From assembly GCA_044229145.1 (NCBI GenBank), contig JBGATO010000021.1, positions 1 to 54,508 on the forward strand: a DNA stretch of 54,508 bases, written 5' to 3'. The notes below the pieces were generated by a model. The model did no database searches. It was not told where the DNA came from and saw only the letters and a list, made by a program, of their open reading frames with translations. This DNA is from Candidatus Eiseniibacteriota bacterium. GTDB taxonomy: Bacteria; Eisenbacteria; RBG-16-71-46; CAZEPH01. Made by a program: the position numbers and the translations under genes. This document shows positions 1 through 9,175 of this stretch, in pieces (the stretch's first letter is position 1; the number at the start of each line of letters is the position of its first letter).

Positions 1-2
1 CC

Positions 3-3000
3 GACTGGCCGGCGACGCCGACCAGCTCGCGCGACGGCGCCTCGCTCACCGCGGACGCCAGCCAGTACCTACCGGGGTACCTGACGGTCACCCGCATGTA
101 TCAGAACTACCCCGCGTGGCCACGCAGCGTCAACAGCGGCTACATGTTCTGGGAGCACATGGGACACGGCTACCGCAACACGCTGTCGTGCGGTGACAAC
201 GTGATGACCAACACCGATGTCGACGCGCTCACCAACGCCAGCCGGCAGGGGATCGTGTACTCGGTGAACTGCAATTCGGCGTCGTTCGAGTTCAACTGCA
301 TCTCCGAGCGCTTCCTGCTCAACCAGCACGGCGGTGGTGTGGCCTACGTCGGCGCCTCGCGCTACGACTTCCCGACCACCGTGTGGGGCTACCAGACGCT
401 GTTCTTCGACTACGCCTTCCAGGACACCGTGCCGGGCTACACGCTGGGCGCCGCCGATGACCAGTCGAAGGTGTTCTACGTGCCGTATTCGAGCACCGAC
501 AACTCGCACCGCTGGACCCAGATGGCGGTGACGCTGCTCGGCGACCCGACGCTCGACATCTACACGCGTCAGCCGCGCGCGCTGAGCGTGTCGCTGACGC
601 CGATCACCGTCGGCGTGAACAACGTGGTGGCCACGGTGACCAGCGGCGGCCAGCCGGTGGGTGGCGTGCTGGTGACGCTGTGGAAGGCGAACGAGGCCTA
701 TGCGCGTGGCACCACCGCGTCGAACGGACAGGTGACGATCGCGTTTGCGCCGACCACCGCAGGGACGGTGAAGGTCGGGGCGCACTCGCGCAGCGACCTG
801 ATGTACACCGGCACGGTGACCGCGAGCGCGTCGGCGCCGGCGTACGTGTCGGCGAGCGGTCAGACGGTGCAGGACGGCAATGGCAATGGCAGCAGCGGCA
901 ACAGCGACGGCGTCGCCAATCCGGGCGAGACCATCGCGCTGACCGTGACGCTGGCCAACACCGGCGGCTCGTTCGCCAATGGCGTCACCGCGAGCTTCGA
1001 GACGAGCGATCCGCTGGTGACGGTGACCGACAGCACCGCCACCTATGGCACCATCGCCTCGAACGGGACCGCCGTCGGTGATCCGTTCGTGTTCTCGCTC
1101 TCCAGCACCGCCAGCGACCAGCACACGATCGCCGGCACGCTGACTGTGCGCACCAGCACCGGCTCGGTGTGGCAGCGCCCGGCGGTGGTCGGCATCGCGG
1201 CGCCGTCGATCGCCATCGTCGGCCGCGCGATCAAGGACACCATCGTCGGTGACGGCGACGGCATCGCTGAGAACGGCGAAACGGTGGCATACCAGCTCAA
1301 GCTGCAGAACACCGGCACCGGCCGCGCGAGCGGCTTGCAGGTGCACATCGTCGCCAACGACCTCACGACGATCATCACCGACAGCTTGCAGACGTTCACC
1401 GTGAACCTCGATCCCGGCCAGGTGAGCGCGGGCAACGACTTCATGGTGTTCCAGGTGATCACCAGCAGCACCAACCACAAGTTCCAGGCGTGGGTCACCG
1501 ACCAGTACGGCAACGAGCTGATGCGCCACGAGATCAACCAGAGCGCGCCGATCGTGCCGAAGAACATCACGCCGGTCGGCGGTGCGCAGGACATCACCTT
1601 CCTGTGGACGAAGAACACGGAAGGCGACCTGCAGGGCTACAACATCTACCGCTCGACGGTGAGCGGCGGGCCGTACACCAAGGTCAACACCTACATCGAC
1701 GCCCGCACTGCCTACTACAAGGACGAGGGCCTGCCGTCGTTCACCCGCTACTACTACCGCGTCGCGGCCATCGACAGCTCGGGCAACGAGAGCACGCAGT
1801 CCACCGAGATCAGCGCGACGACGAACCCGCCGATCCACACCGGATTCCCGGTGGAGATGGGCCGCTCGACGCCGGCGTCGCCGGTGTTCGGCTACATCGA
1901 CAACAACACGTCGGCCGGCATCGACATGATGGTGGGCGCCGACAAGATCTACGCCCTGCGCGCCGACGGCACCGAGCCGCGGGACGGCGACAACGAGCCG
2001 CGCACCCTCGGCATCTTCTCGTCGGTGGGGGCGTACTTCGCGGCCTCGCTGGCGCTCGACGATCTCGACCACGACGGGCACCTCGAAGTGGTGGCGTGCT
2101 CGTACAACTCGCAGCCGTCGCCGGGCGACTCCACCACCATCTGGGTGCTCGACGGCGTCACTGGTCTCACCGAGGCCGGCTGGCCGAAGCAGTACCCGAA
2201 GTTCGGCTGGTCGACCCCGGGCATCGGCGACATCGATGGCGACGGCTATCCCGAAATCATCCAGGGCAGCTCCGACGGCTGGGTCTACGCCTGGCACAAG
2301 GACGGCACCGACGTGCGCGACGGTGACCCGAGCAGCACGATCTCGGGACGCTTCGCGTACCTCAACGCGGCGTTCGTCTACTCGTCGCCGGCGCTCGCCG
2401 ATCTCAACCACGACGGCAAGCTGGACATCATCATCGGCGGCAACGACGGCAAGCTCTACGCCTTCAAGTACGACGGCACGGCGATCCCGGGCTTCCCGTA
2501 CGCGACCGCCGGTGGCATCACCTGCTCGCCTGCTGTGGCGTGGATGCCGGCGTACAACCAGTACTGGATCTTCTTCGGCGCCGCGGACAACACGTTCCGC
2601 GCCGTGGACGAGACGGGGACGAACCGGTGGATTCGCTACTTCCGCCAGTTCGGCAACTCGCGCACGCCGTCGCCGGCCATCGGCGACCTCAACAACGACG
2701 GCAACCTCGAAGTGGTCACCGGCCGCAACGACGGCTACATCGCCTGCATGCAGTCGGCGAACGGCAACGACTTCTGGAACCACACGGTGCAGTACGGCAC
2801 CGGCACGTCGGCGGTGAGCGAGTGCTCGCCGATCCTCAGCGACATCGACGGCGACGGCAAGCCGGACGTCCTGATGGGCGCCGAAGACGGCAAGCTCTAT
2901 GGCTTCACCTGGGACGGCTACGCCGCGCCGGGCTTCCCGATCGCGCTGTCGGGCGAGGTGCGCGGCAGCCCGGGCGTGTGGGACATCGACGGCGACGGCT

Positions 3001-3476
3001 TGTCGGAGATCGCCTACGCGGGCTGGGACCAGCTGCTCTACATCTGGGACTTGCCGGCGGTGAACAACGCGTCGACCTCGCCGTGGCCGATGTTCCACCA
3101 CGACGTGAAGCACACCGGCGTGTACGGCAACGCGTTCGTGACCGGCGTCGAACCGCCGGTACACGAGTCGCTCGACCTCACGCGTCCGGCGCTCATGCAG
3201 AACACGCCGAACCCGTGGCGTTCGTCGACGACGATCTCGTTCGTCGTGCCGCAGGGCGGCGACGCGCGCGGCCAGCACGTCGCGCTGCGCCTCTACGACG
3301 CCGGCGGTCGTTTGGTCAAGACGCTCGCCGACAAGTCCTACGCGCCGGGTCTGCGCAGCGTGCAGTGGGACGGCCGCGCCGCCAACGGCACCGCGGTGTC
3401 GAACGGCGTCTACTTCTACCGCTACGAGGTGGACGGCCGGCCGTCGCTGACCAAGCGGATGATCGTGATGCGGTAA
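3..3476 (+). CDS. Gingipain-like C25 cysteine peptidase with Ig-like/FN3 domains, FG-GAP/VCBS repeats and FlgD-Ig/T9SS-like C-terminal domain (5' end outside window)
   Basis: Frame is open from base 3. HMGHG and SVNCNS (His/Cys dyad), GGGVAYVGASR and LLGDP are C25 motifs. GYNIYRS...YYYRVAAID is FN3. Repeated DIDGDG/DLNHDG calcium loops. C-terminus NTPNP...LYDAGGRLVKTL...WDG...GVYFY. Confidence 0.85.
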   Translation, partial: DWPATPTSSRDGASLTADASQYLPGYLTVTRMYQNYPAWPRSVNSGYMFWEHMGHGYRNTLSCGDNVMTNTDVDALTNASRQGIVYSVNCNSASFEFNCISERFLLNQHGGGVAYVGASRYDFPTTVWGYQTLFFDYAFQDTVPGYTLGAADDQSKVFYVPYSSTDNSHRWTQMAVTLLGDPTLDIYTRQPRALSVSLTPITVGVNNVVATVTSGGQPVGGVLVTLWKANEAYARGTTASNGQVTIAFAPTTAGTVKVGAHSRSDLMYTGTVTASASAPAYVSASGQTVQDGNGNGSSGNSDGVANPGETIALTVTLANTGGSFANGVTASFETSDPLVTVTDSTATYGTIASNGTAVGDPFVFSLSSTASDQHTIAGTLTVRTSTGSVWQRPAVVGIAAPSIAIVGRAIKDTIVGDGDGIAENGETVAYQLKLQNTGTGRASGLQVHIVANDLTTIITDSLQTFTVNLDPGQVSAGNDFMVFQVITSSTNHKFQAWVTDQYGNELMRHEINQSAPIVPKNITPVGGAQDITFLWTKNTEGDLQGYNIYRSTVSGGPYTKVNTYIDARTAYYKDEGLPSFTRYYYRVAAIDSSGNESTQSTEISATTNPPIHTGFPVEMGRSTPASPVFGYIDNNTSAGIDMMVGADKIYALRADGTEPRDGDNEPRTLGIFSSVGAYFAASLALDDLDHDGHLEVVACSYNSQPSPGDSTTIWVLDGVTGLTEAGWPKQYPKFGWSTPGIGDIDGDGYPEIIQGSSDGWVYAWHKDGTDVRDGDPSSTISGRFAYLNAAFVYSSPALADLNHDGKLDIIIGGNDGKLYAFKYDGTAIPGFPYATAGGITCSPAVAWMPAYNQYWIFFGAADNTFRAVDETGTNRWIRYFRQFGNSRTPSPAIGDLNNDGNLEVVTGRNDGYIACMQSANGNDFWNHTVQYGTGTSAVSECSPILSDIDGDGKPDVLMGAEDGKLYGFTWDGYAAPGFPIALSGEVRGSPGVWDIDGDGLSEIAYAGWDQLLYIWDLPAVNNASTSPWPMFHHDVKHTGVYGNAFVTGVEPPVHESLDLTRPALMQNTPNPWRSSTTISFVVPQGGDARGQHVALRLYDAGGRLVKTLADKSYAPGLRSVQWDGRAANGTAVSNGVYFYRYEVDGRPSLTKRMIVMR

Positions 3477-3492
3477 GGCTGCGTCTCACCCT

Positions 3493-3549
3493 GTACGGAC
3501 ACGAGGGCGGCTTCCCAGGGGAGGCCGCCCTCGGCGTTTGTGCGGCGCC
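3493..3549 (+). repeat. Direct repeat copy 1 (terminator-like hairpin plus flanks)
   Basis: gtacggacacgagggcggcttcccaggggaggccgccctcggcgtttgtgcggcgcc aligns with 9056-9111. Confidence 0.85.
3503..3540 (+). terminator. Intrinsic terminator-like hairpin after C25 gene
   Basis: GC-rich stem GAGGGCGGCTTCC/GGAGGCCGCCCTC just after the stop codon; only a short T run follows. Confidence 0.6.
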
Positions 3550-3763
3550 GCGCTTCTGTGAGAGGATGTGGCTACCGAGGATCACCATTTGATCAACGCA
3601 TGGATTGTCTGTCACACGAATGGGGGTAGATGTGACGTTTCAATCGAACTACCATTGGTGCTGGCGGGCGGTGCCGAACTCGCGCGCCGCCAGGATGTCG
3701 TGCCTCCGGCGCCACATGCGGAGCGTACGCTTTCGAGCGGTCTTTTTCGAAGAGGGCGTTGTC

Positions 3764-6517
3764 ATGCGTTCGAACCTGCGACTTGCACCCCCGTTACTGC
3801 TCTTGACTCTCTCACTCTCTCACTCTCTCCTAGCGCTTTTCCCTGACTCAGTGGGCGCGACCGAAAATGCCACCGCTGCGGCTGATCTCAGTTGGAGCGC
3901 CACGAGCCCTGCGCAGAAATCGCTCGCGTCGCCAGGGCCGAGTGCAACGCTGTATCTCCACGTCCGTGGCGTGACGAGCTTCAAGGGTGGGGAATTCGAT
4001 CTCAAGTGGTCGCCGGCGGGCGAGGAAGGTAGCGCGTGTTTGGTGCATGAGACTACGTCGTTCCGCACCTCCCAGGGCACCACTTGCACCTATCTGAATC
4101 GCGGTACTGTCCTCCCGATCACGGTTGCGGACACGGTCGGCGAATTCCATGTCGCCTGGTCCTGCGCGACGGCACTGCAATCGTGCGGCGCGGGTGTAAT
4201 CGTCACGATCGGATTCGATCTAAGTGAATGCACCTCCTCCGCGGCGACATTCTCGCTGTGTGATTTGCGCCTCCTCGACGCCGTGAATGCGGTGGCCGTC
4301 GTGGCGGCTGAAAGCCTCGGTGCGGCCGCAACTATTGCGGGAGGCGGTTCTTCACCTCCTGACTGCACAGGGGGATCAAGTGGTGGGTACTTCTTCCTCG
4401 CCGCTGTGCCACCGCAATCGGTGGCGGTGGGCATGCCACTCGCGGTCGACCCTCAGGTGCTCGGCGCTCCCGTGGGCCTAGTGGCTTGGAGCGGTGCCAA
4501 CCTGCCGAACGGCGCGACGGTGGATCCGTCGACCGGACGATTCCTCTGGCAAGCGGACAGCACGCTTCGCACCATCGATAGCGTCACGGTGACCGGGACC
4601 GACTCGACAGGTCACGAGGAATCCGTGCAGTTTTCGATAACCGTCGACCCGATGTCCGACACGCATTTTGGCGTTTTTCAAGCGGCGGCGGCCAGCCTTC
4701 CCACACAGCGCCTGGTCGACGCGCATACGCAGTGGTTGCATCGCACGTTGTTTCCGTTGAAAGACGGGTGGCAAGCGACCATCGATCTCGCCGATGCTAC
4801 GGTCGACAATGTCTTCGGCACGCCAATCGAGGTCGTCTTCGATGTGTCCTGTGCCACCGGGGCTGACCTCAATGCGCACTGGCCACCGACCGGCACCGAC
4901 CCCAACGGAGTCTCGATCGATTCCGTTCTCTGGTTCACCAGGATCACGAACCTCGCGAAGCGGTACAACATGAACGTGGCGGGACATTACGCCGGCCTCA
5001 CGCATACGGTGAATTGGTGGCACATTGAGGAAGAGGCGTCCTTCTGGATGCCAGGCGAGGACCCATGCGGATGTACTTACGAGCGCATGTTCATTCAAAC
5101 TCGCGCGGCGCTCGTGCGGGGGAATCCGAACGCGCATGTCGCGCTCATGGGTTTGTCGAGTGACCCGACGTGGGCGGCGGCGAACGTAAACGGGTTTACG
5201 GATGTGCTGGCGATCTCAACTGATGGTCATGCGTTCGACACGTCCATCGACACAAACCCTGCGTTTCAGAAATTCCAGGACCGTGCTCGCAATTGGTTGA
5301 GCCTGACCCCCGGCGGCGGCCCCGACTGCGCAACGGATCCCACTGGGAGATCCTGCATCAACTGGACGTGGCTCAATCCCTACAACCAAGCGCCTGGATA
5401 TGGTGGTGGCTATTGGTGGTATGACGCCGCCGACATGCACGCCTATGAACGTGCACCGATGATCGGCGCGAAATCCGCATGGGCTCGCGACAAGATGACC
5501 ACCGTGAAGCAACAGCTTTGGCTCTTTGAACTCGGAGCCCCGTACTTCGCGGGAGCGTCATTCACCAAGCACTCGGGTGATGCCTACACACTAGCGACGC
5601 ACTCGCAGGCGGTCTTCTCCGCCTTCGGAGAGGCCTTCGCCAATCGCGTGGAGCGCGCTGCATGGGAATTCTATCCGCCCGGCGCCGGCAACAGTTCCTT
5701 CGACGATCAGGCGTATCACAATGTCGCGCTGTACCACGATCCCGCTCCCTACTCCGCCACGTATGCGTCCCAAAGCTACCCGCAAGCAGTGGATTTGATC
5801 GGGGGCTACACGAGTGCATACGAAGTCCGCATCCCGATGGCGTCGCGCCCGGCATGGGTCTGCACTTCTCCGCTGGACCACTGTAATGCAACACAGTCGC
5901 CATGCAGCTGTGTGGAATGGCTCCGAGACTTCGTCATCCATGACGCGTGCTACTTTTATCCTTCGGGATCCTCAGTCCGCCAGGCCAGCGTCTTGTGGTC
6001 GCCGGATACCACGCTCGCGGTTCAACTCTGGGTAGGGTCGGGGTCGAGCGGTGCGCCTCTGGACCTCTACTACCCATCGTACTCTACGACATCAAGTGGG
6101 AGTCACGTGACTATCGGTGCGGGGAACCCCGTGTCCCTGACGCTGGGGCCCGAGCCTGTTATCGTGCGCTGCGGCGACGTGTTTTCAGTGACCGACCCCC
6201 TGCAGACTACGACAAGTGTCGGTGGGATCGCATCGGGCACGCGGAAGCCATCTCTTTTCGCCAGTGGGCAGAGGTCAGGCACGTGGACGCTCCGGTGGGC
6301 GAATCTTGGCACTCCTGCGCCAACGACACTTGTGGTGGTGGACGCCCGTGGCCGCGTCGTGCGACGCATACGCGTCATCGCCTTGCCGGGTACCGGCGAG
6401 ATGAGACTCGCGGCCTCTCCCTCCGAGCAGCCCATCGCGGCAGGTATCTACTTCGCCCGGGTGCTTGATGCGTCCGGTTCAGCCCTCGCGTCCGCTCGCG
6501 CCGTGGTCTTGCCATGA
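3764..6517 (+). CDS. Secreted multidomain protein: Cys-rich N-domain, putative Ig (He_PIG-like), clan-A glycoside-hydrolase-like barrel, C-terminal sorting-like domain
   Basis: ATG 3764 follows AGAGGG and opens a hydrophobic signal peptide. WSGANLPNGATVDPSTGRFLW is He_PIG-like. WWHIEEE, DAADMHAY and LWLFELG resemble GH-A acid/base, HxY and nucleophile motifs. C-terminus VVDARGRVVRR...AGIYFARV. Confidence 0.6.
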   Translation: MRSNLRLAPPLLLLTLSLSHSLLALFPDSVGATENATAAADLSWSATSPAQKSLASPGPSATLYLHVRGVTSFKGGEFDLKWSPAGEEGSACLVHETTSFRTSQGTTCTYLNRGTVLPITVADTVGEFHVAWSCATALQSCGAGVIVTIGFDLSECTSSAATFSLCDLRLLDAVNAVAVVAAESLGAAATIAGGGSSPPDCTGGSSGGYFFLAAVPPQSVAVGMPLAVDPQVLGAPVGLVAWSGANLPNGATVDPSTGRFLWQADSTLRTIDSVTVTGTDSTGHEESVQFSITVDPMSDTHFGVFQAAAASLPTQRLVDAHTQWLHRTLFPLKDGWQATIDLADATVDNVFGTPIEVVFDVSCATGADLNAHWPPTGTDPNGVSIDSVLWFTRITNLAKRYNMNVAGHYAGLTHTVNWWHIEEEASFWMPGEDPCGCTYERMFIQTRAALVRGNPNAHVALMGLSSDPTWAAANVNGFTDVLAISTDGHAFDTSIDTNPAFQKFQDRARNWLSLTPGGGPDCATDPTGRSCINWTWLNPYNQAPGYGGGYWWYDAADMHAYERAPMIGAKSAWARDKMTTVKQQLWLFELGAPYFAGASFTKHSGDAYTLATHSQAVFSAFGEAFANRVERAAWEFYPPGAGNSSFDDQAYHNVALYHDPAPYSATYASQSYPQAVDLIGGYTSAYEVRIPMASRPAWVCTSPLDHCNATQSPCSCVEWLRDFVIHDACYFYPSGSSVRQASVLWSPDTTLAVQLWVGSGSSGAPLDLYYPSYSTTSSGSHVTIGAGNPVSLTLGPEPVIVRCGDVFSVTDPLQTTTSVGGIASGTRKPSLFASGQRSGTWTLRWANLGTPAPTTLVVVDARGRVVRRIRVIALPGTGEMRLAASPSEQPIAAGIYFARVLDASGSALASARAVVLP
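3806..3829 (+). repeat. Perfect tandem repeat (ACTCTCTC)x3 in signal-peptide coding region
   Basis: actctctc at 3806, 3814 and 3822. Confidence 0.9.
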
Positions 6518-9032
6518 GGCGGGGGAGCGGACGCCATCGAGCACTAGGCTATGTGCTGCTTGCGGGCCTGGTCTTGGCCTCGGCATGGGTGCGGGGTGCG
6601 CATGCGTGGACGAGCGTCGTGCCCGGCGCCCTGCTCGATTCGATACCGCCCAGTGACTGGTCACGCTCTTCGCCCCGGCGGGCACCGACACCACCGTGTC
6701 GACCGCGTATGCAACGGACGACCTGCTTGTCATTGGGGGCGTGTTCGCGCGGGTTGGCCTATACAGGGCGCCGGGTGGGGTGGCGGCGTGGGATGGCCAC
6801 GATTGGTATGGGTTCGGCCCCGGGCTTCCAGGCGGCGTATCCGCTTTCGCGGTGTGGAACGGGCAACTCGTCGCCGGCGGGACTTTTACGCAGGCGGCCG
6901 GGGCCAGTGCCGACTACCTCGCGATCTGGAACGGCGCGACGTGGGATCCTTTGCCGGAACCGGTGAACGGTCCCGTCTCGGCGTTGAACGTCTTCGAGGG
7001 ATCCCTGGTGGTCGGCGGATCATTCACTGCGGGTGGGGGGCAGACACTCTTAGGCGCCGCGATGTGGGATGGCGCCCAGTGGCACGACATGGCGGGAGGA
7101 GTGCGCCTGGGGGGAATGCCCGGAACGGTCTACGCGTTTCAAGTTTTGCGCGACACACTGTTCGTGGGCGGGACATTCGATTCCGCTGGCAGCGTCTCCG
7201 CCTCCAACATCGGAGCATGGGACGGGCAATCCTGGCACGCACTTTCGAGCGGGCTCAATGGAGTCGTGTACTCGTTCTGCACTCTGGGCGACACGCTCGT
7301 CGCCGCCGGTCACTTCGGGTATGCGGGGAGTGTAATCGTCGGGTCGACTGCTCTCTGGGTCTCAGGAGTGTGGAGCACCCTGGATGGGTGGGGAGCCGAT
7401 AACGAAGTCGAGTCGATCACATCGTATGGGGGACGCGTGATCGCCGCAGGATGGTTCACGTCCATTGGCATGCTGGTCAGTTGTCGGTATGTCGCCCAGT
7501 GGGACCGCACCCGCTGGCAGGCGTGTGCCGAAGGCATCCAAGGTTCCTGGTGGGGCTACTCGGGCAAGATTGCCCCCGCCATGGCTGTCTTCCAAGGCAA
7601 GTGCTACGTCGGGGGATGGTTCGCCGGCGCTGGCAAGGCCAACGGGCGAAACCTCGATGCGTGGAACGGCACCTCGTGGGACGTCAATACCGACGGCAAC
7701 GCGGTCGGCTACGACGTGATCGACATCCAACCGTGGCAAGGCAAGCTCGCGATCGCCGGGAATTTTCTGACCGCTGGCACTGCCCCCGCGAGCGGCGTCG
7801 CAGTGTGGAACGACACGACGTTTTCCGCCCTCGGCTCCGGCGTGAACTACATCGTCTACGCGCTTGCCGACATCAACGGCACGCTCGTGATGGGTGGGGG
7901 ATTCACGAGTGCCAGCGGATCGATCGCGAAGCGCGTGGCCACGTGGACGGGCACGAAGTGGAAGCAATTGGGTGCGGGTTTCAACAACACTGTGTATTGC
8001 TTGCAAGTCTGGAATGGCCAGCTCTTCGCCGGCGGCCAGTTCTCCACTTCCGGGAGCACGACGGTGTCGCATGTGGCGGTCTGGAGCGGCACCGCGTGGC
8101 AACCGCTCGGGACGGGCACCGATGGGGATGTCTATCGCCTTGCCGTCTGGGACGGGAAGTTGGTCGCGGGCGGGACATTCGTTCACGCAGGCGGTGTCAC
8201 AGCGAATGGGCTGGCCGTTTGGGACGGCTCGACATGGAGTGCAGTCGGCGGCGGCGTCACGGGTGGTCAGGGACTCGTGCAACCCGGGCCGCGTGTGCAG
8301 GCCGTCACGGTGTTCAACGGCCAACTGGTGATTGGGGGCAACTTCACCGCTGCCGGGGGAGTGCCGGCGGCTAACATCGCCGCGTGGGACGGCGCGGCGT
8401 GGCATCCGTTGGGCACAGGCATGACGGGTCCGGCGACGAACATGGGCCCGCAAGTGACCAGCCTGTGCGTGTACGGCACCCGCTTGGTGGCCGGCGGTTC
8501 CTTCGCCTCCGCAGGCGATTCCGCCTGTGCCAACCTGGCGACATGGGATGGCACGACGTGGTCGTCACTCGGCGGCGGATTCACGCTGGCGTCGCCGTCG
8601 GACGGCGCCACGTGGGTGATGCGTGAGTGGAACGGTGCGCTGTACTGTGGCGGCAACATGCTCACTGCGGGATCGACGACTTCGTGGTTCCTCGCGAAGT
8701 GGCTCCACGGGGCTTTCGTGACGGGCGTCTGGGCGCCACACTTTCGATCCGGGCGCGAAAACGGATTGGCGGTCAGCGCACGCGTCGAGCGCGCGCGCCG
8801 GGTGATCGTCGCTGTGTCGCGACCCTCAGCTGGCGTATCCCGCGTGTCGATCCGCGACGTGCGGGGACGTGAAGTCGCGGTCCTTGCAGATGGCCCCGCA
8901 CCGGCTGGTCGCAGCGAATACCAATGGGATGACAGACGCCGGGGCGGCCAAGCTCTCGCACGCGGCATCTACTGCGTGCTCGTGGAGGACCGCGGCGTGC
9001 GTGGCACCACCAAGGTCGTGCTCGTTGAGTAG
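6514..9032 (+). CDS. Secreted W(D/N)G-repeat beta-propeller protein with FlgD-Ig/T9SS-like C-terminal domain; apparent 1-nt deletion frameshift near 6660
   Basis: ATGA overlap with the upstream stop. Signal peptide is in the 6514 frame; the repeat body is in the 6696 frame. Many L(V/I)(A/V)GGxF...AxW(D/N)GxxW repeats. C-terminus DVRGREVAVL...WDD...GIYCV. Confidence 0.75.
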
Positions 9033-9055
9033 TGCGCTTCGCAGCTTCGATCGCG

Positions 9056-9111
9056 GTACAGACAGGGCGGTCTCCCGCGAGGGAGGCCGCCCTTGGCGTT
9101 TGCGCGGCGCC
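9056..9111 (+). repeat. Direct repeat copy 2 (terminator-like hairpin plus flanks)
   Basis: gtacagacagggcggtctcccgcgagggaggccgcccttggcgtttgcgcggcgcc; stem 9064-9093 with GCGA tetraloop. Confidence 0.85.
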
Positions 9112-9128
9112 CGGCGAGGCGGTACGAT
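9100..9128 (+). promoter_or_regulatory. Putative sigma70 promoter of gltX
   Basis: TTGCGC-N17-TACGAT, 47 nt upstream of the gltX ATG. Confidence 0.55.
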
Positions 9129-9175
9129 GCCGGCGCTGACGTTCCCGCCGTCGTCCCGTCGTTTCGGAGATCTGC

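Noticed and set aside
69..3278. 1069-aa minus-strand ORF
   Set aside because: Antisense shadow of the C25 gene; Arg/Val/Ala-rich with no motifs, typical of high-GC DNA.
3588..3636. TTGATCAA palindrome and GTCACA-N14-TGTGAC inverted repeat upstream of the island gene
   Set aside because: Spacing and orientation do not fit FNR/CRP sites; too short to support an operator call.
6700..8700. Nucleotide-level repeats as a possible CRISPR or DGR-like array
   Set aside because: The repeats are degenerate protein-coding propeller blades, with no fixed repeat-spacer pattern and no cas or reverse transcriptase gene.
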